In this document: one piece after another, positions 22,323 to 34,380 of the stretch
Layout: every line of letters starts with the position of its first letter
Position numbering within the stretch: position 1 is the first letter of the stretch
DNA from: Hemiscyllium ocellatum
Lineage: Eukaryota
Assembly (NCBI RefSeq): GCF_020745735.1
Contig: NC_083412.1
Location: 58,804,320-58,868,319, forward strand
Direction of reading: 5' to 3'
DNA: 64,000 bases
Translations under genes and position numbers: made by a program
The notes under the pieces: model-generated
Seen by the model: the letters and a program-made list of their open reading frames with translations, nothing else
What the model was told of the DNA's origin: nothing
Database searches by the model: none

Positions 22323-23032
22323 ATTCTGGATTAGTGGTGCTGGAAGAGCACAGCAGTTCAGGCAGCATCCGAGGAGCAACGAAATCGATGTTTCGGGCAA
22401 AAGCCCTTCATCAGGAATAAAGGCAGTGAGCCTGAAGCATGGAGAGATAAGCTAGAGGAAGGTGGGGGTGGGGAGAAAGTAGCATAGAGTACAATAGGTG
22501 TGTGGGGGAGGGGATGAAGGTGATAGGTCAGGGAGGAGAGGGTGGAGTGGATAGGTGGAAAAGGAGATAGGCAAGTAGAACAAGTCCGGACAAGTCATGG
22601 GGACAGTGCTGAGCTAGAAGTTTGGGACTAGGGTGAGGTGGGGGAAGGGGAAATTAGGAAACTGTGTAAGCCCACATTGATGCCTTGGAGTTGCGAAGTG
22701 TTTCGAGGCAGAAGATGAGGCGTTCTTCCTCCAGGCGTCTGGTGGTAAGGGAGCGGTGGCTTTTCCACCTATCCATTCCACCCTCTCTTCCCTGACCTAT
22801 CACCTCATCCCCTCCCTCACTCACCAATTGTACTCTATGTTACTTTCTCCCCACTCCACCCTCCTCTAGCTTATCTCTCCACGCTTCAGGCTCTCTGCCT
22901 TTATTCCTGATGAAGGGCTTTTGCCCGAAACGTCGATTTCGCTGCTCCTTGGATGCTGCCTGAACTGCTGTGCTCTTCCAGCACCACTGATCCAGAATCT
23001 GGTTTCCAGCATCTGCAGTCATTATTTTTACT
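22323..23032. mobile_element. PLE family C: minus-strand 3' end plus inverted pLTR
   Basis: 22323-22745 and 22760-23032 are inverted homologues; 14-bp TSD tacacttcactaag / tacacatcactaag (22309-22322 and 23033-23046). Confidence 0.9.
22903..22938 (+). ncRNA. Minimal hammerhead ribozyme motif (intact core)
   Basis: AUUC-CUGAUGA-A-GGGC-UUUU-GCCC-GAA-ACGU-C-GAUU. Confidence 0.8.
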
Positions 23033-23101
23033 TACACATCACTAAGGCCTAGGTATTCATCCACTTACAAGCTTCCAGGAGCTGTAAATGCCTCCTTTCT
23101 C

Positions 23102-23191
23102 CTGATGAAGGGCTTATGCCTGAAATGTCGAATTTCCTGTTCCTTGGATGCTGCCTAACCTGCTGTGCTTTAACCAGCAACACATTTTCAG
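23102..23191 (+). mobile_element. 90-bp solo PLE pLTR starting at the hammerhead core
   Basis: Begins ctgatgaagggcttatgcctgaaatgtc; 10-bp TSD ctcctttctc (23092-23101 and 23192-23201). Confidence 0.88.
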
Positions 23192-23249
23192 CTCCTTTCT
23201 CTCAATGCTAATTTTTCAAGTATCTTAGAGACACTGTCTCTGATTTATA

Positions 23250-24728
23250 GAGTCATAGAGCCATAGAGATGTACAGCAAGGAAAAAGACCCTTCGGTCCA
23301 ACCCGTCCATGCCGACCAGATATCCCAACCAAATCTAGTCCCACCTGCCAGCACCCGGCCCAATTCCCTCCAAACTCTTCCTATTCATATACCCATTCAA
23401 AAGCCTCTTAAATGTTGCAATTGTACCAGCCTCCACCACATCCTCTTGTAGCTCATTCCATACACGTACCACCCTCTGCATGAAAATGTTGCCCCTTAGT
23501 TCTTTTATATCTTTCCCCTCTCACCCTAAACCTATGCCCTCTAGTTCTGGGCTCCCTGATCCCAGGGAAAAGACTTTGTCTATTTATCCTATCCATGCCC
23601 CTCATAATTTTGTAAACCTCTATAAGGTCACCCCTCAGCCTCCAACGCTCCAGGGAAAACAGCCCCAGTCTGTTCAGTCTCTCCCTGTAGCTCAGATTCT
23701 CCAACCCCGGCAACATCCTTGTAGATCTTTTCTGAACCCTTTCAAGTTTTACAACATCTTTCCGATAGGAAAGATACCAGGATTGTACACAATATTCCAA
23801 CAGTGGCCTAACCAATGTCCTGTACAGCTGCAACATGACCTCCCAACTCCTGTACTCAATCCTCTGACCAATAAAGGAAAGCATACTAAACGCCTTCTTC
23901 ACTATCCTATCTATCTGCGACTCTACTTTCAAGGAGCTGTGAACCTGCACTCCAAGGTCTCTGTTCAGCAACACTCCCTAGGACCTTACCATTAAGTGTA
24001 TAAGTCCTGCTAAGATTTGCTTTCCCAAAATGCAGCACCTCGCATTTATCTGAATTAAATTCCATCTGCCACTTCTCAGCCCATTGGCCCATCTGGTCCA
24101 GATCTTGTTGTAATCTGAGGTAACCCCCTTCTCTGTCCACTACAACTCCAATTTTGGTGTCATTTGCAAACTTACTAACTGTACCTCTTATGCTCGCATC
24201 CAAATTATTTATGTAAATGACAAAAAGTAGAGGGCCCAGCGCCGATCCTTGTGGCACTGCACTGGTCACAGGCCTCCAGTCTGAAAAACAACCCTCCACC
24301 ACCATCCTCTGTCTTCTATCTTTGAACCAGTTCTGTATCTAAATGGCTAGTTCTCCCTGTATTCCATGAGATCTAACCTTGCTAATCAGTCTCCCATGGG
24401 GAACCTTGTCGAACGCCTTACTGAAGTTCATATAGATCACATCTACTGCTCTGCCCTCATCAATCTTCTTTGTTATTTCTTCAAAAACTCAATCAAGTTT
24501 GTGAGACATGATTTCCCACACACAAAGCCAAGTTGACTATCCCGAATCAGTCCTTGCCTTTCCAAATACATGTACATCCTGTCCCTCAGGATTCCCTCCA
24601 TCAACTTGCCCACCACCAAGGTCAAGCTCACTGGTCTATAATTCCCTGGCTTGTCTTTATCGCCCTTCTTAAACAGTGGCACCATGTTTGCCAACCTCCA
24701 GTCTTCCGGCACCTCACCCTGTGACTAT
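23250..24728 (-). mobile_element. CR1 LINE RT and 3' UTR
   Basis: ORFs 24473-24712, 23907-24305 and 23453-23974 give a frameshifted RT. Confidence 0.95.
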
Positions 24729-24789
24729 TCTAGGCCTATGCCTAACTTCTCTGTTGTGAATACAAAGTACACATTTAAAACCTCATCTA

Positions 24790-25330
24790 TATCACAAAAC
24801 TCTAATGAATAAAGGCCAACCCTGTTTAATCATTTTTGATAAGTCAACCCCTTCACCCCAGGAATCAGCCGAATGAATCTCTTTTGATCAGCCTCCAATG
24901 CCATACATTCTTCCTTAAAGTCAGAGCCAAAAACTGTTTAGAGTAATCCTCAGTATATTGTATCCTCACCAACACCCTGTACAGTTGTGGCAAGACTTCC
25001 CTGTTTTTAAATTCCAATCCAAAATTCCATTTGCTTTCCAAATTATTTGCTGCACCTTCATGCTAGCTTTTTGTCTTTTATTCACAATTCCCAGATCCCT
25101 CTGTGCTGAACATTTTTGGATTCTCTCTCCAGTTAAATAAGGATCTGACTTCTGATTCTTCCTTCTAAACTGAATGGCCTCACACATTTTATATTAAACT
25201 CCAACTGCCAAGGTTTTGCCCATTCATTAAACTTACCTAAATCCCTTTGAAAATTCATTATGCCTCATCACAACCTGTCACCCACCTATATTATTACACT
25301 CTGCCTCTTCCTCTAAGACATTAATATAGA
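24790..25330 (-). mobile_element. Old CR1 fragment
   Basis: ORF 24966-25187 resembles QRDLG...KANGIL. Confidence 0.65.
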
Positions 25331-25334
25331 GGCT

Positions 25335-26452
25335 GAGGTGCTGCATTTTGGAAAGGCAAATCAGAGTAGGACTTATACACTTAATGCTAAGGCCCTATGG
25401 AGTGTTGCTGAACAAAAAGACCTTGGAGTGCAGGTTCATAGTTCCTTGAAAGTGGAGTCTCAGGTAGATAGTATAGTGAAGAAGGCATTTGGTATGCTTG
25501 CCACTGTTGGTCAAAATAAGTTTATTGGAGTTGGGAGGTCATGTTACAGCTGTACAGGACATTGGTGAGGCTGCTTTTGGACTATTGTGTTCAATTCTGG
25601 TCTCCCTCCTATCGGAAGGATGTTGTGAAACTTGATAGGATTCAGAAAAGATTGACAAGGATGTTGCCAGGGAGAGGCTGAATTGGCTGGGGCTGTTTCC
25701 CAAAACATCAGAAGCTGAGGGGTGATCTTATAGAGGTTTACAAAATCATGAGGGGCATGGATAGGATATATAGATGAAATCTTTTCCCTGGGGTCAGGGA
25801 GTCCAGAACTAGAGGGCATAGGTTTATGGTGAGAGGGGAAAGATATAAAAGAGACCTAAGGGGCAACTTTTTCACACAGAGGGTGGTACGTGTATTGAAT
25901 GAGCTGCCAGAGGAAGTGGTGGAGCCTGATACAATTGCAACATTTAAGAGGCATTTGGATGGGTATATGAATAGGAAGGGTTTGGAGGGATATGGGCCCT
26001 GTGCTGGCAGGTGGGACAAGATTGGGTTGGGACATCTGGTCGGCATGGACGGGGTTGGACCATAGGGTCTGTTTCCATGCTGTACATCTCTATGGCTCTA
26101 TGAGGGGCATGGATAGGGTAAATAGACAAAGTATTTTCTCTGGATTGGGGAGATTAGTACTGGACGGTATAGGTTCCAGGTGAGAGGGGAAATATTTAAA
26201 AGGGACCTAAAGGGCAACATATGCATGCAGCATGGTGCATGTATGGAATGAGCTGCCAGAGGAAATGGTGGAGGCTAGTACAATTACAACTTTTAAAAGG
26301 CATCTGGATGGGTATATGAATAGAAAGGGGTTAGAGGAATATGGGCCAAGTGCTGGCTAATGGCACTAGATGAGGTTAGGCTATCTGGTCAACATGGATG
26401 AGTTGGACCAAAGGGTCTGTTTCTATGCTGTACATCTCTATGACTCAATGAC
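25335..26452 (+). mobile_element. Two head-to-tail CR1 3' fragments (25335-26100 and about 26098-26452)
   Basis: Two successive 3' UTRs and tails, joined at ctctatgaggggcatgg. Confidence 0.9.
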
Positions 26453-26479
26453 AGTAAATAATTGAGGCCAAATGATTAG

Positions 26480-28340
26480 TCTTTGTTGCTTTCAATTTGT
26501 TACATCTTTCTATCTGAACAAGCCCAATGCATTCCAACACTCTGTCTTCTGTTTGTTTTCTTATCCTCAGTCACTGTGAATATATTAACCCCAGCACCAT
26601 GCGATCCTATCTTGTCCAACCTTGTCAGATGTATTCTGGAAATCTAAATCACCACATCTACCAGTTCCCTTTATCATCTCTGCTTGTTACATCCTCAAAT
26701 TTGTCAAACCCTATCACAAAACCCATGTTGACGTTGTTTGATTGTGTTAAACTTTTCTAAATGCCCTGCCATCTCTTCCTTAATAATAACTCTCGCATTT
26801 TTGCAATAACAGATTAAGGCTAACTCGCCTTTAGTTTCTTGTTTTTCTGTCTCCCTCCATTCTTGAACAGGGATATCACATTAGCAGTTTTCCAATTCAC
26901 TGGAACTTTCCTGGAATCCATTGAGTTCCGGAATATTTCAACTAATACCTGTCCAGCCATTTTCTTTAAAAGCCTGGTGCCAACCATGTCCTGGGAACCT
27001 GTCTGGCCTCAGTCTCATTAGTCTTTGTTTCTCATGACAGAAACTGTTGCTAGTTCTTACTTCCCATTAGTACCTTCCTTATCTGTTAGTTTTGTAATAT
27101 CTCCACCACGAAACTTGATGTAAAATATTGATTAAATTATCAGCCAATGCCCTGTTCCCCATAATCAACTTCAAATTCCCATCCATCAAGGGTCCCACAT
27201 TCATTTTAATTACCCTTTTCTTACAAATTTATTTTGGTAATCAATGTTCACTCTTTGTATTAGCTTTTTAGTCATCTGTTGCTGGTTCCTAAAAGAAAAT
27301 CCAAATCCTCTGGTCGATCATTAGTTTCCACCACTTAGTTTTTGATTGGATAGTCTCCATGACTGCCTTTGTTAACTGTGGATCATTCATCCTTCTCATC
27401 AATGCTTTTCATTCTATCTCAGTACATGTAACAACAATCAATCAATCAATCAAAATCAATCAATCTTTGAGCCATGCATTTGCCTCTCTCATCTCATTTA
27501 TCTTATGCTAATTTGCATGCTACTTTGGTAGTAATCCTGCGATTATTGCCTTCCTGGTTCTGCTTATTAGTTTAGCCCTAAACTGCTTATAATCCTTCAG
27601 CAACAATTCTTTCCTAGTCCTACCTATGCTGTTGGTACTTTGGATAACAATAAGTGGATCCTTCCCCTCCAACTCCCAAGTTCTTGTCCAGCTGAGAAGT
27701 CCTTAATCTTGGCATGAGGTAGATACATAGCCTTCAGGACTCTTGCTGCTGCTGCAGTAAACAGTATATTTTTCTCTAACTATATGACATTTCTCTTTGC
27801 TCCCCCCTCTTGAATGATCCTCTGGATAATGGTGCTTTGATCAATTCACTTATCCTCCCTGCAGTTTGTACCCTGAGCAAGAACCTTATATCCGTCTGAC
27901 AAAGGCACCAACAGAGGCTCCTCCAAATCTAACTTCTGGATTCCAATATCTGCCTTACTCACAGTCACACCCTTCTGTCCCTAATCACAGACCAAATTTG
28001 ATACAATTAATCTAAAGAATGTGTCAGGATGTCCTTAATCTAGATTCGAGCTCATCAACTCTGATCTCGAGCTGCCAAATTTGTAGTCGCTGTGGATTGA
28101 ACAGGTGTCTATCACATTCCACTCGCTGCTGAAACACATCGACTGCCCAGCCACTTCTATTCTATTTAATTCATTAACTTGCATGTTAAATATTAAAGAA
28201 GTGAGTTTGTAACCTTTACTCTTCAACTGTAATAACGTCTCCTGTGTTAAACCACTTGGCCAATCAAAAGAATATGAAAGTGTAGCAAGCAAACACAGAC
28301 CTGTTTTCCAGTGACATCACACTTTGACTGGTAAAAACAG
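26480..28340 (-). mobile_element. Old CR1 lineage copy, internally deleted, retaining ORF1 (zinc-finger/leucine-zipper and esterase relics) and 5' UTR
   Basis: Reverse complement at 28.0-28.15 kb reads ...RVDELESRLRT (zipper); esterase IAGLLP-like remnant at about 27.53 kb; RT remnants at 26.5-27.05 kb. Confidence 0.65.
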
Positions 28341-28479
28341 GTTGGAGGGATTCCCTGTCACCACCTTTTATTTCCTACTGTTCCCTGCGCTTCTCACACA
28401 GGTCCATTGTCCCCAGTCTGCTTCATTGGGATGCTGACTTGCTGTACAATGCTCACAGTCAGGAAGGACGAAGAAGGCA

Positions 28480-29090
28480 AGGGAATAAACAACAGGATAC
28501 TGAGAAGTGCAGAGGAACACAAGCAGCTCGGAGTGTATGTTCACAGTCTTCCAAAGGTGGCAGGAGAGTAGACAAGATGGTAGAGGAGTTAGACAATGGG
28601 ATATTTTCCTTTATAAAGAGATAGAGGACGGTGTGCCAGAGCTGTCTGAAACACTGAGACCGTAACAAGAGTATTTATACTCATGTGATTTCTGATTTAT
28701 AAGAAGAATATGATCATAAAAGGGAGGGCGAGGAGCAGATTTATGAGGATGTTGCCAGGAATGAAGAATTTTAGCAATAAGGAAAGACTGGAAAAGTTGG
28801 TTTTATTCCCCATCATGGAACAGAGGAAGCTGAAGGAAAATTTAATTAGGATATATAAAATTATGTGGAACCTAAATCAATTGGACAGGAAAGATTTATT
28901 TCACTTAGCTGAAGGATCAATAACCTTACAACTTTGAGTTAAAGTACTTAGAAGAAGCATTAGAGAGGAGTTGAAAAGTAATTTCCTTTTTAGCCAGAGG
29001 ATAGCAGGGCTCTAGAACTCAATGGTGTTGGAAACAAAATCTCTTGTAAAATTAAAAGCCACTTGGATATACACTTAAAGTACTGAGACA
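28480..29090 (+). mobile_element. Old CR1 3' fragment
   Basis: ORF 28710-28937 RFMRMLPGMKNFSNKERLEKL. Confidence 0.75.
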
Positions 29091-29502
29091 TTCAGGGCAA
29101 TGATTCAAGTTTTGGAAAGTGGGATTAGCGTAGATGGCTCTCTTTGTCCAGCAGCTGGACTACTGAATGCCTTCCTCCAGCACTGCCTAACTTTCTCTGT
29201 ATCTATGCTTCTATCAGCCCTCCTAGAAGCTTCAGCTCATGATACTCATGCTTGTATTAAGGCCCTCTCCAGAGTTTGTGCTGTAATGTGTCCAAAGTGT
29301 GCCCAGGAAACAACAGTATCATTGTTTTATCAAAGCAACCCTGTCCACGCTGAGATTGCAGAAACTCAAAAATCACGAGCCAACCTGAAATTGTACAGTA
29401 ATCTTTTCAAAAGGATTGGCTTTCTCTGATCTTTGAGGCAAATTACTCAGCTCAAAGTTCCCCAAGATAGCAAGCTCTAATCTAACTGATGTCCTTTGAT
29501 TG

Positions 29503-30330
29503 CTGGATATTTTATTTCTGTATTGTGTAAAATCTTGTAAATAAACAAGCTGTGCCTGGGTACATCTAATTGGCAACATAGAAACTTTTCTCTAGTGTAC
29601 GTGACAATAAAAGCTATCTATTCTTTGAATGTCTGCTTCAAGCTACTCCCCCCCCCCCCCACCTCTCACCTCTAAACAACATGCTCAAGACCATTGTTCA
29701 GCAGATGCTGTGTGTCTAATACGCCTAAAAATCACAACTCTGAATCAATTTTAATTTCAACCTGATACAGCTCCAAAGCCATTTTCTCTGAACACATCAC
29801 TTGGGGTAGGGACAGGGCATGGCTCTATTAAATGTACATCAGAGGCAAGGGCCAGCATCAGGCCATTCTTTGCAGAATCACCGAATTGTTATAGTGCAAA
29901 AGAAGGTTCATTTGGCCTGTCACGTTTGCATTATCTTTTGAATAACTTTAATTCTCCCACTCTTTCCCAATAACTTTGCACATTGTTTGTATTTAAATAA
30001 TCACTGAATATCCTCTGTGTGGTTGCGTAGTGTGGCAACTTTCCAGCCTCCTGCAGTGTGGCCGCTGCAATGTGGAGCCAGCGTCCAGTGCGGACTGGAA
30101 GCTGGCTGTGAATGTGGTCTGTTGGACTGAACTTATTTTTCTGTAATGCTGGATATTTTATTTCTGTATTGTCTAAAATCTTGTAAACAAGCTGTGCCCG
30201 GGCACATCTAATTGGCAACGTAGAAACTTTTCTCTAGTGTACGTGACAATAAAAGCTATTCTATTCTTTGAATGTCTGCTTCAAGCTACTCCCCCTCCCC
30301 TCCACCTCTAAACAACATGCTCAAGACCAT
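29503..30330 (+). repeat. Direct duplication of about 190 bp (29503-29693 and 30148-30330)
   Basis: Both copies read ctggatattt...gtacgtgacaataaaagcta...ttgaatgtctgcttcaagctact...aacatgctcaagaccat. Confidence 0.95.
30010..30268 (+). mobile_element. Rex1/Babar-like LINE 3' end inserted into an old minus-strand CR1
   Basis: GC-rich UTR ending gtgacaataaaagctattctattct; flanks continue as one CR1 3' UTR (about 29870-30009 and 30269-30700). Confidence 0.55.
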
Positions 30331-30831
30331 AAGTATCACTGTGTGAAATGGCTTATCTCCCACTGCATTGGTTTCTTTCCAAATCACTTTAAACCTGTGT
30401 CCTAGAGTCTTGATCCTTTTACAAACAGCAGCAGTTCATTCCTGTCTATTCTGTCCAAACATCATATGATTTTGAAAATTTCAATTAAATCTCATGTCAA
30501 ATTAGCCCTCATCTTTTTAAGGACAACAGTCCCAACTTCTCTAATCTTTCTTCATAACTGAGATTTCTCATTCCTGGAACCATTTTTGTAAATCTCGTCT
30601 GCATTCTCTCCAATGCATTCAAACCTTTCTTAAAATGTAACTCCCTAAAACTGCACACAATACTCCTGCTGAAGTCTAACTACTGTTTTATATAGGTTTA
30701 AAATACACACATAAACACATTTCACTCTCTAACTTACACACAAAAGGATTATTGCACTTTCTCCAGTCAGATTCAATCAACACACACTTCATAAATTCTC
30801 TTAAACACATGCACAAAGCACTCTTACGTCA

Positions 30832-32059
30832 TGGTTAAAAATCACACAACACCAGGTTATAGTCCAAAAGGTTTAATTAGAAGGGCTAGCTTTCAGAACG
30901 TTGCTCCTTCATTAAGACAACCACCTGATACAGAGAGTAGTGGAGGGTTGTTTTTCAGACTGGAGTGCCACAAGGATCGGTGCTGGGTCCTCTACTTTCT
31001 GTCATTTACATAAATGATTTGGATGTGAGCATAAGAGGTACAGTTAATAAGTTTGCAGATGACAACAAAATTGGAGGTATAGTGGACAGTGAAGAGGGTT
31101 ACCTCAGATTACAACAAGATCTGGACCAGATGGGCCAATGGGCTGAGAAGTGGCAGTTGGAGTTTAATTCAGATAAATGCGAGGTGCTGCATTTTGGGAA
31201 AGCAAATCTTAGCAGGGACTTAATGGTAAGGTCCTGGGGAGTGTTGCTGAACAAAGAGACTTTAGAGTGCAGGTTCATAACTCCTTGAAAGTGGAGTCAC
31301 AGGTAGATAGGATAGTGAAGAAGGTATTTGGTATGCTTTCCTTTATTGGTCAGAGTATTGAGTACAGGAGTTGGGAGGTCATGCTGCGGCTGTACAGGGC
31401 ATTGGTTAGGCCACTGTTGGAATATTGCGTGCAATTCTGGTTTCCTTCCTATCGGAAAGATGTTGTGAAACTTGAAAGGGTTCAGAAAAGATTTACAAGG
31501 ATGTTGCCAGGGTTGGAGGATTTGAGCTATGAGGAGAGGCTGAACAGGCTGGGGCTGTTTTCCCTGTAGCGTTGGAGACTGAGGGGTGATTTTGTAGAGG
31601 TTTACAAAATTATGAGGGTCATGGATACGGTAAATAGACGAGATCTTTTCCCTGCGGTTTGGGAGTCCAGAACTAGAGGGCATAGATATAGGGTGAGAGA
31701 GGATACTTTTTCACAGAGGGTGGTACATGTATGGAATGAGTTGCCAGAGGATGTGGTGGAGGCTGGTGCAATTGCAACATTTAAGAGGCATTTGAATTGG
31801 TACATGAATAGGAAGGGTTTGGAGGGATATGGGCCGGGTGCTGGCAGGTGGGACTAGATTGGGTTGGGATATCTGGTCGGCATGGACGGTTGGACCAAGA
31901 GTCTGTTTCCGTGCTGTATATCTCTATGACTCTATGACCTGAAGAAGGAACAGCACTCCGAAAGCTAGTGCTTCCAAATAAACCTGTTGGACTATAACAT
32001 GGCATTGTGGGATTTAAACTTTGTATACCCCAGTCCAACACCGGCATCTCCAAATCATT
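30832..32059. mobile_element. Palindromic PLE family A element interrupted by a CR1
   Basis: Antisense arm 30832-30915, sense arm 30921-30928 continuing at 31937-32059; outer TSD actcttacgtca / actcttagatca (30820-30831 and 32060-32071). Confidence 0.85.
30929..31937 (+). mobile_element. 5'-truncated CR1 (RT C-terminus and tail)
   Basis: ORFs 30965-31288 ([15 protein letters not shown]) and 31267-31569; acctga duplicated at 30923-30928 and 31937-31942. Confidence 0.95.
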
Positions 32060-32185
32060 ACTCTTAGATCACACTCTCACACTCTCACACAAACACTGTT
32101 TCTCTGTCTCTCGCTCTCTCTCTGTCTCATACACAGTTCAAATACAAACCACTTTCTCTCATAGGTTGAACTATCAAACACATAG

Positions 32186-32350
32186 GTAAAAACAATGACT
32201 GCAGATGCTGGAAACCAGATTCTGGATTAGTGGTGCTGGAAGAGCACAGCAGTTCAGGCAGCTCCAACGAGCAGCGAAATCGACGTTTCGGGCAAAAGCC
32301 CTCCATCAGGAATAAAGGCAGTGAGCCTGAAACCGTGCAGAGATAAGCTA
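32186..32350 (-). mobile_element. PLE family C pLTR
   Basis: aaaaacaatgactgcagatgctggaaaccagattctgg...gacgtttcgggcaaaagccctccatcagg. Confidence 0.88.
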
Positions 32351-32469
32351 GGGGATTACAATCTCACACATTCACATGTATCCATCCTCTCACACAAAAT
32401 ATTTAGTGATGACAGGATAGGTTATGCATTGCTGCTGCAGCATGTGAAGCTGTTGGACATGAACGTGAT

Positions 32470-32980
32470 TACATATGTAGTAAATGTTTACAAAGTGGAT
32501 TGATGAGAGCGGAGTGGTAGATTGATCTATATGGATTTCAGTAAGGCGTTTGACAAGGTTCCCCATGGGACACTGGTTAGCAGGGTTAGATCTCACGAAA
32601 TAAAGGGAGAACTAACCATTTGGATACCGAACTGGCTCAAAGGTAGAAGACAGAGGGTGGTGAAGGGTTGTTTTTCAGACTGGAGGCCTGTGACCAGTGG
32701 AGTGCCACAAGGATTGGTGCTGGGTCCTCTAATTTTTGTAATTTACATAAATGATTTGGATGTGAGCATAAGAGGTACAGTTAGTAAGTTTGCAGATAAC
32801 ACCATAATTGGAGGTATAGTTGACAGTGAACAAGGTTACCCCAGATTACAACAGAATCTTGATCAGATGGGCCAGGTGCTGGCAGCTGGGACTAGATTGG
32901 GTTGGGTTATCTGGTTGGATGAACGGGTTGGACCGAAGGGTCTGTTTCCGTGCTGTACATCACTATGACTCTATGACTCT
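32470..32980 (+). mobile_element. CR1 fragment with internal deletion
   Basis: [13 protein letters not shown]...KFADNT joins directly to the 3' UTR at atgggcca (32867-32874). Confidence 0.9.
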
Positions 32981-32992
32981 AACTGTTTTTTT

Positions 32993-33299
32993 TAGATTAG
33001 ATTAGATTACTTACAGTGTGGAAACAGGCCCTTCGGCCCAACAAGTCCACACCGACCCGCCGAAGCGCAACCCACCCATACCCCTGCATATACCCCTTAC
33101 CTAACACTACGGGCAATTTAGCATGGCCAATTCACCTGACCCGCACATCTTTGGACTGTGGGAGGAAACCGGAGCACCCGGAGGAAACCCACGCAGACAC
33201 GGGGAGAATGTGCAAACTCCACACAGTCAGTCGCCTGAGGCGGGAATTGAACCCAGGTCCCTGGCGCTGTGAGGCAGCAGTGCTAACCACTGTGCCACC
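32993..33299 (-). mobile_element. HE1-type V-SINE, young full-length copy
   Basis: A box tggcacagtgg and B box gggttcaattcc on the minus strand; V domain; (aatct)n tail; CpGs retained. Confidence 0.95.
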
Positions 33300-33744
33300 T
33301 TCAAGATGGGGAATCACATCAGGGACGGGAATAGTTACCTGGAAAATTTGCTCCAAAACACAGTCGTGTCTCTCAAATTAGGGTAACTCAAATTTGATCT
33401 GTGAACAGGGACAGAAGGGTGTGGCTGCAGGTGAAGTAGACATGGGAATCGGTGGTGGTATTGGTGGAGCCTCAGTACCTGTCATTGTTCACCAGTTACA
33501 AGGTTTTTGCATGAGGGTGGAGAATGCATGGATGATGAGCCCATTATGGAACAGAGAGCCATTCATGTCAGCAGTGAAAACACCAACATTGTAGTGGTAT
33601 GGACAGTATAATTAGGTGGATAGATACTACTTTCTGTGAATGTGAGCATCAGTCCTGAAGGCTGTGTTGCCTGTACTGTGTAAAGGCATCTTCTCAGAGT
33701 TGGAGAGGACCTTGTTGGAGAGAGGAGGAATCTCATTATCATTG

Positions 33745-34380
33745 CTGCAAATGTGTTGCTGGTCAAAGCACAGCAGGCCAGGCAGCATCTCAGGAATAGA
33801 GAATTCAACGTTTCGAGCATAAGCCCTTCATCAGGAATGAGAGAGAGTAGCCAAGCAGGCTAAGATAAAAGGTAGGGAGGAGGGACTTGGGGGAGGGGCG
33901 ATGGAGGTGGGATAGGTGGAAGGAGGTCAAGGTGAGGGTGATAGGCCGGAGTGGGGTGGGGGCGGAGAGGTCAGGAAGAGGATTGCAGGTTAGGAGGGCG
34001 GTGCTGAGTTGAGGGAACCGACTGAGACAAGGTGGGGGGAGGGGAAATGAGGAAACTGGAGAAATCTGAATTCATACCTTGTGGTTGGAGGGTTCCCAGG
34101 CGGAAGATGAGGTGCTCCTCCTCCAGCCGTCGTGTTGTTATGTTCTGCCGGTGGAGGAGTTCAAGGACCTGCATGTCCTCGGTGGAGTGGGAGGGAGAGT
34201 TAAAGTGTTGAGCCACGGGGTGATTGGGTTGGTTGGTCCGGGCGGCCCGGAGGTGTTCTCTGAAGCATTCCGCAAGTAAGCAGCCTGTCTCACCAATATA
34301 GAGGAGGCCACATCGGGTGTAGCGGATGCAATAGATGATGTGTGTGGAGGTACAGGTGAACTTGTGGCGGATATGGAAGG
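33745..34380 (-). mobile_element. PLE family B (Neptune-type) with GIY-YIG endonuclease
   Basis: ORF 33971-34411 FTCTSTHIIYCIRYTRCGLLYIGETG...PVAQHFNS...LIFRLGTLQPQGMN; perfect 15-bp TSD atctcattatcattg (33730-33744 and 34381-34395). Confidence 0.96.
33803..33838 (-). ncRNA. Minimal hammerhead ribozyme motif (GUU triplet)
   Basis: Reverse complement: AUUC-CUGAUGA-A-GGGC-UUAU-GCUC-GAA-ACGU-U-GAAU. Confidence 0.75.

Noticed and set aside
33132-33356. Recurrent GGTVVSTAASQ ORFs (also 40133, 48566) and possible tRNA genes
   Set aside because: They are SINE heads with A and B boxes, followed by the V domain; not proteins or complete tRNAs.
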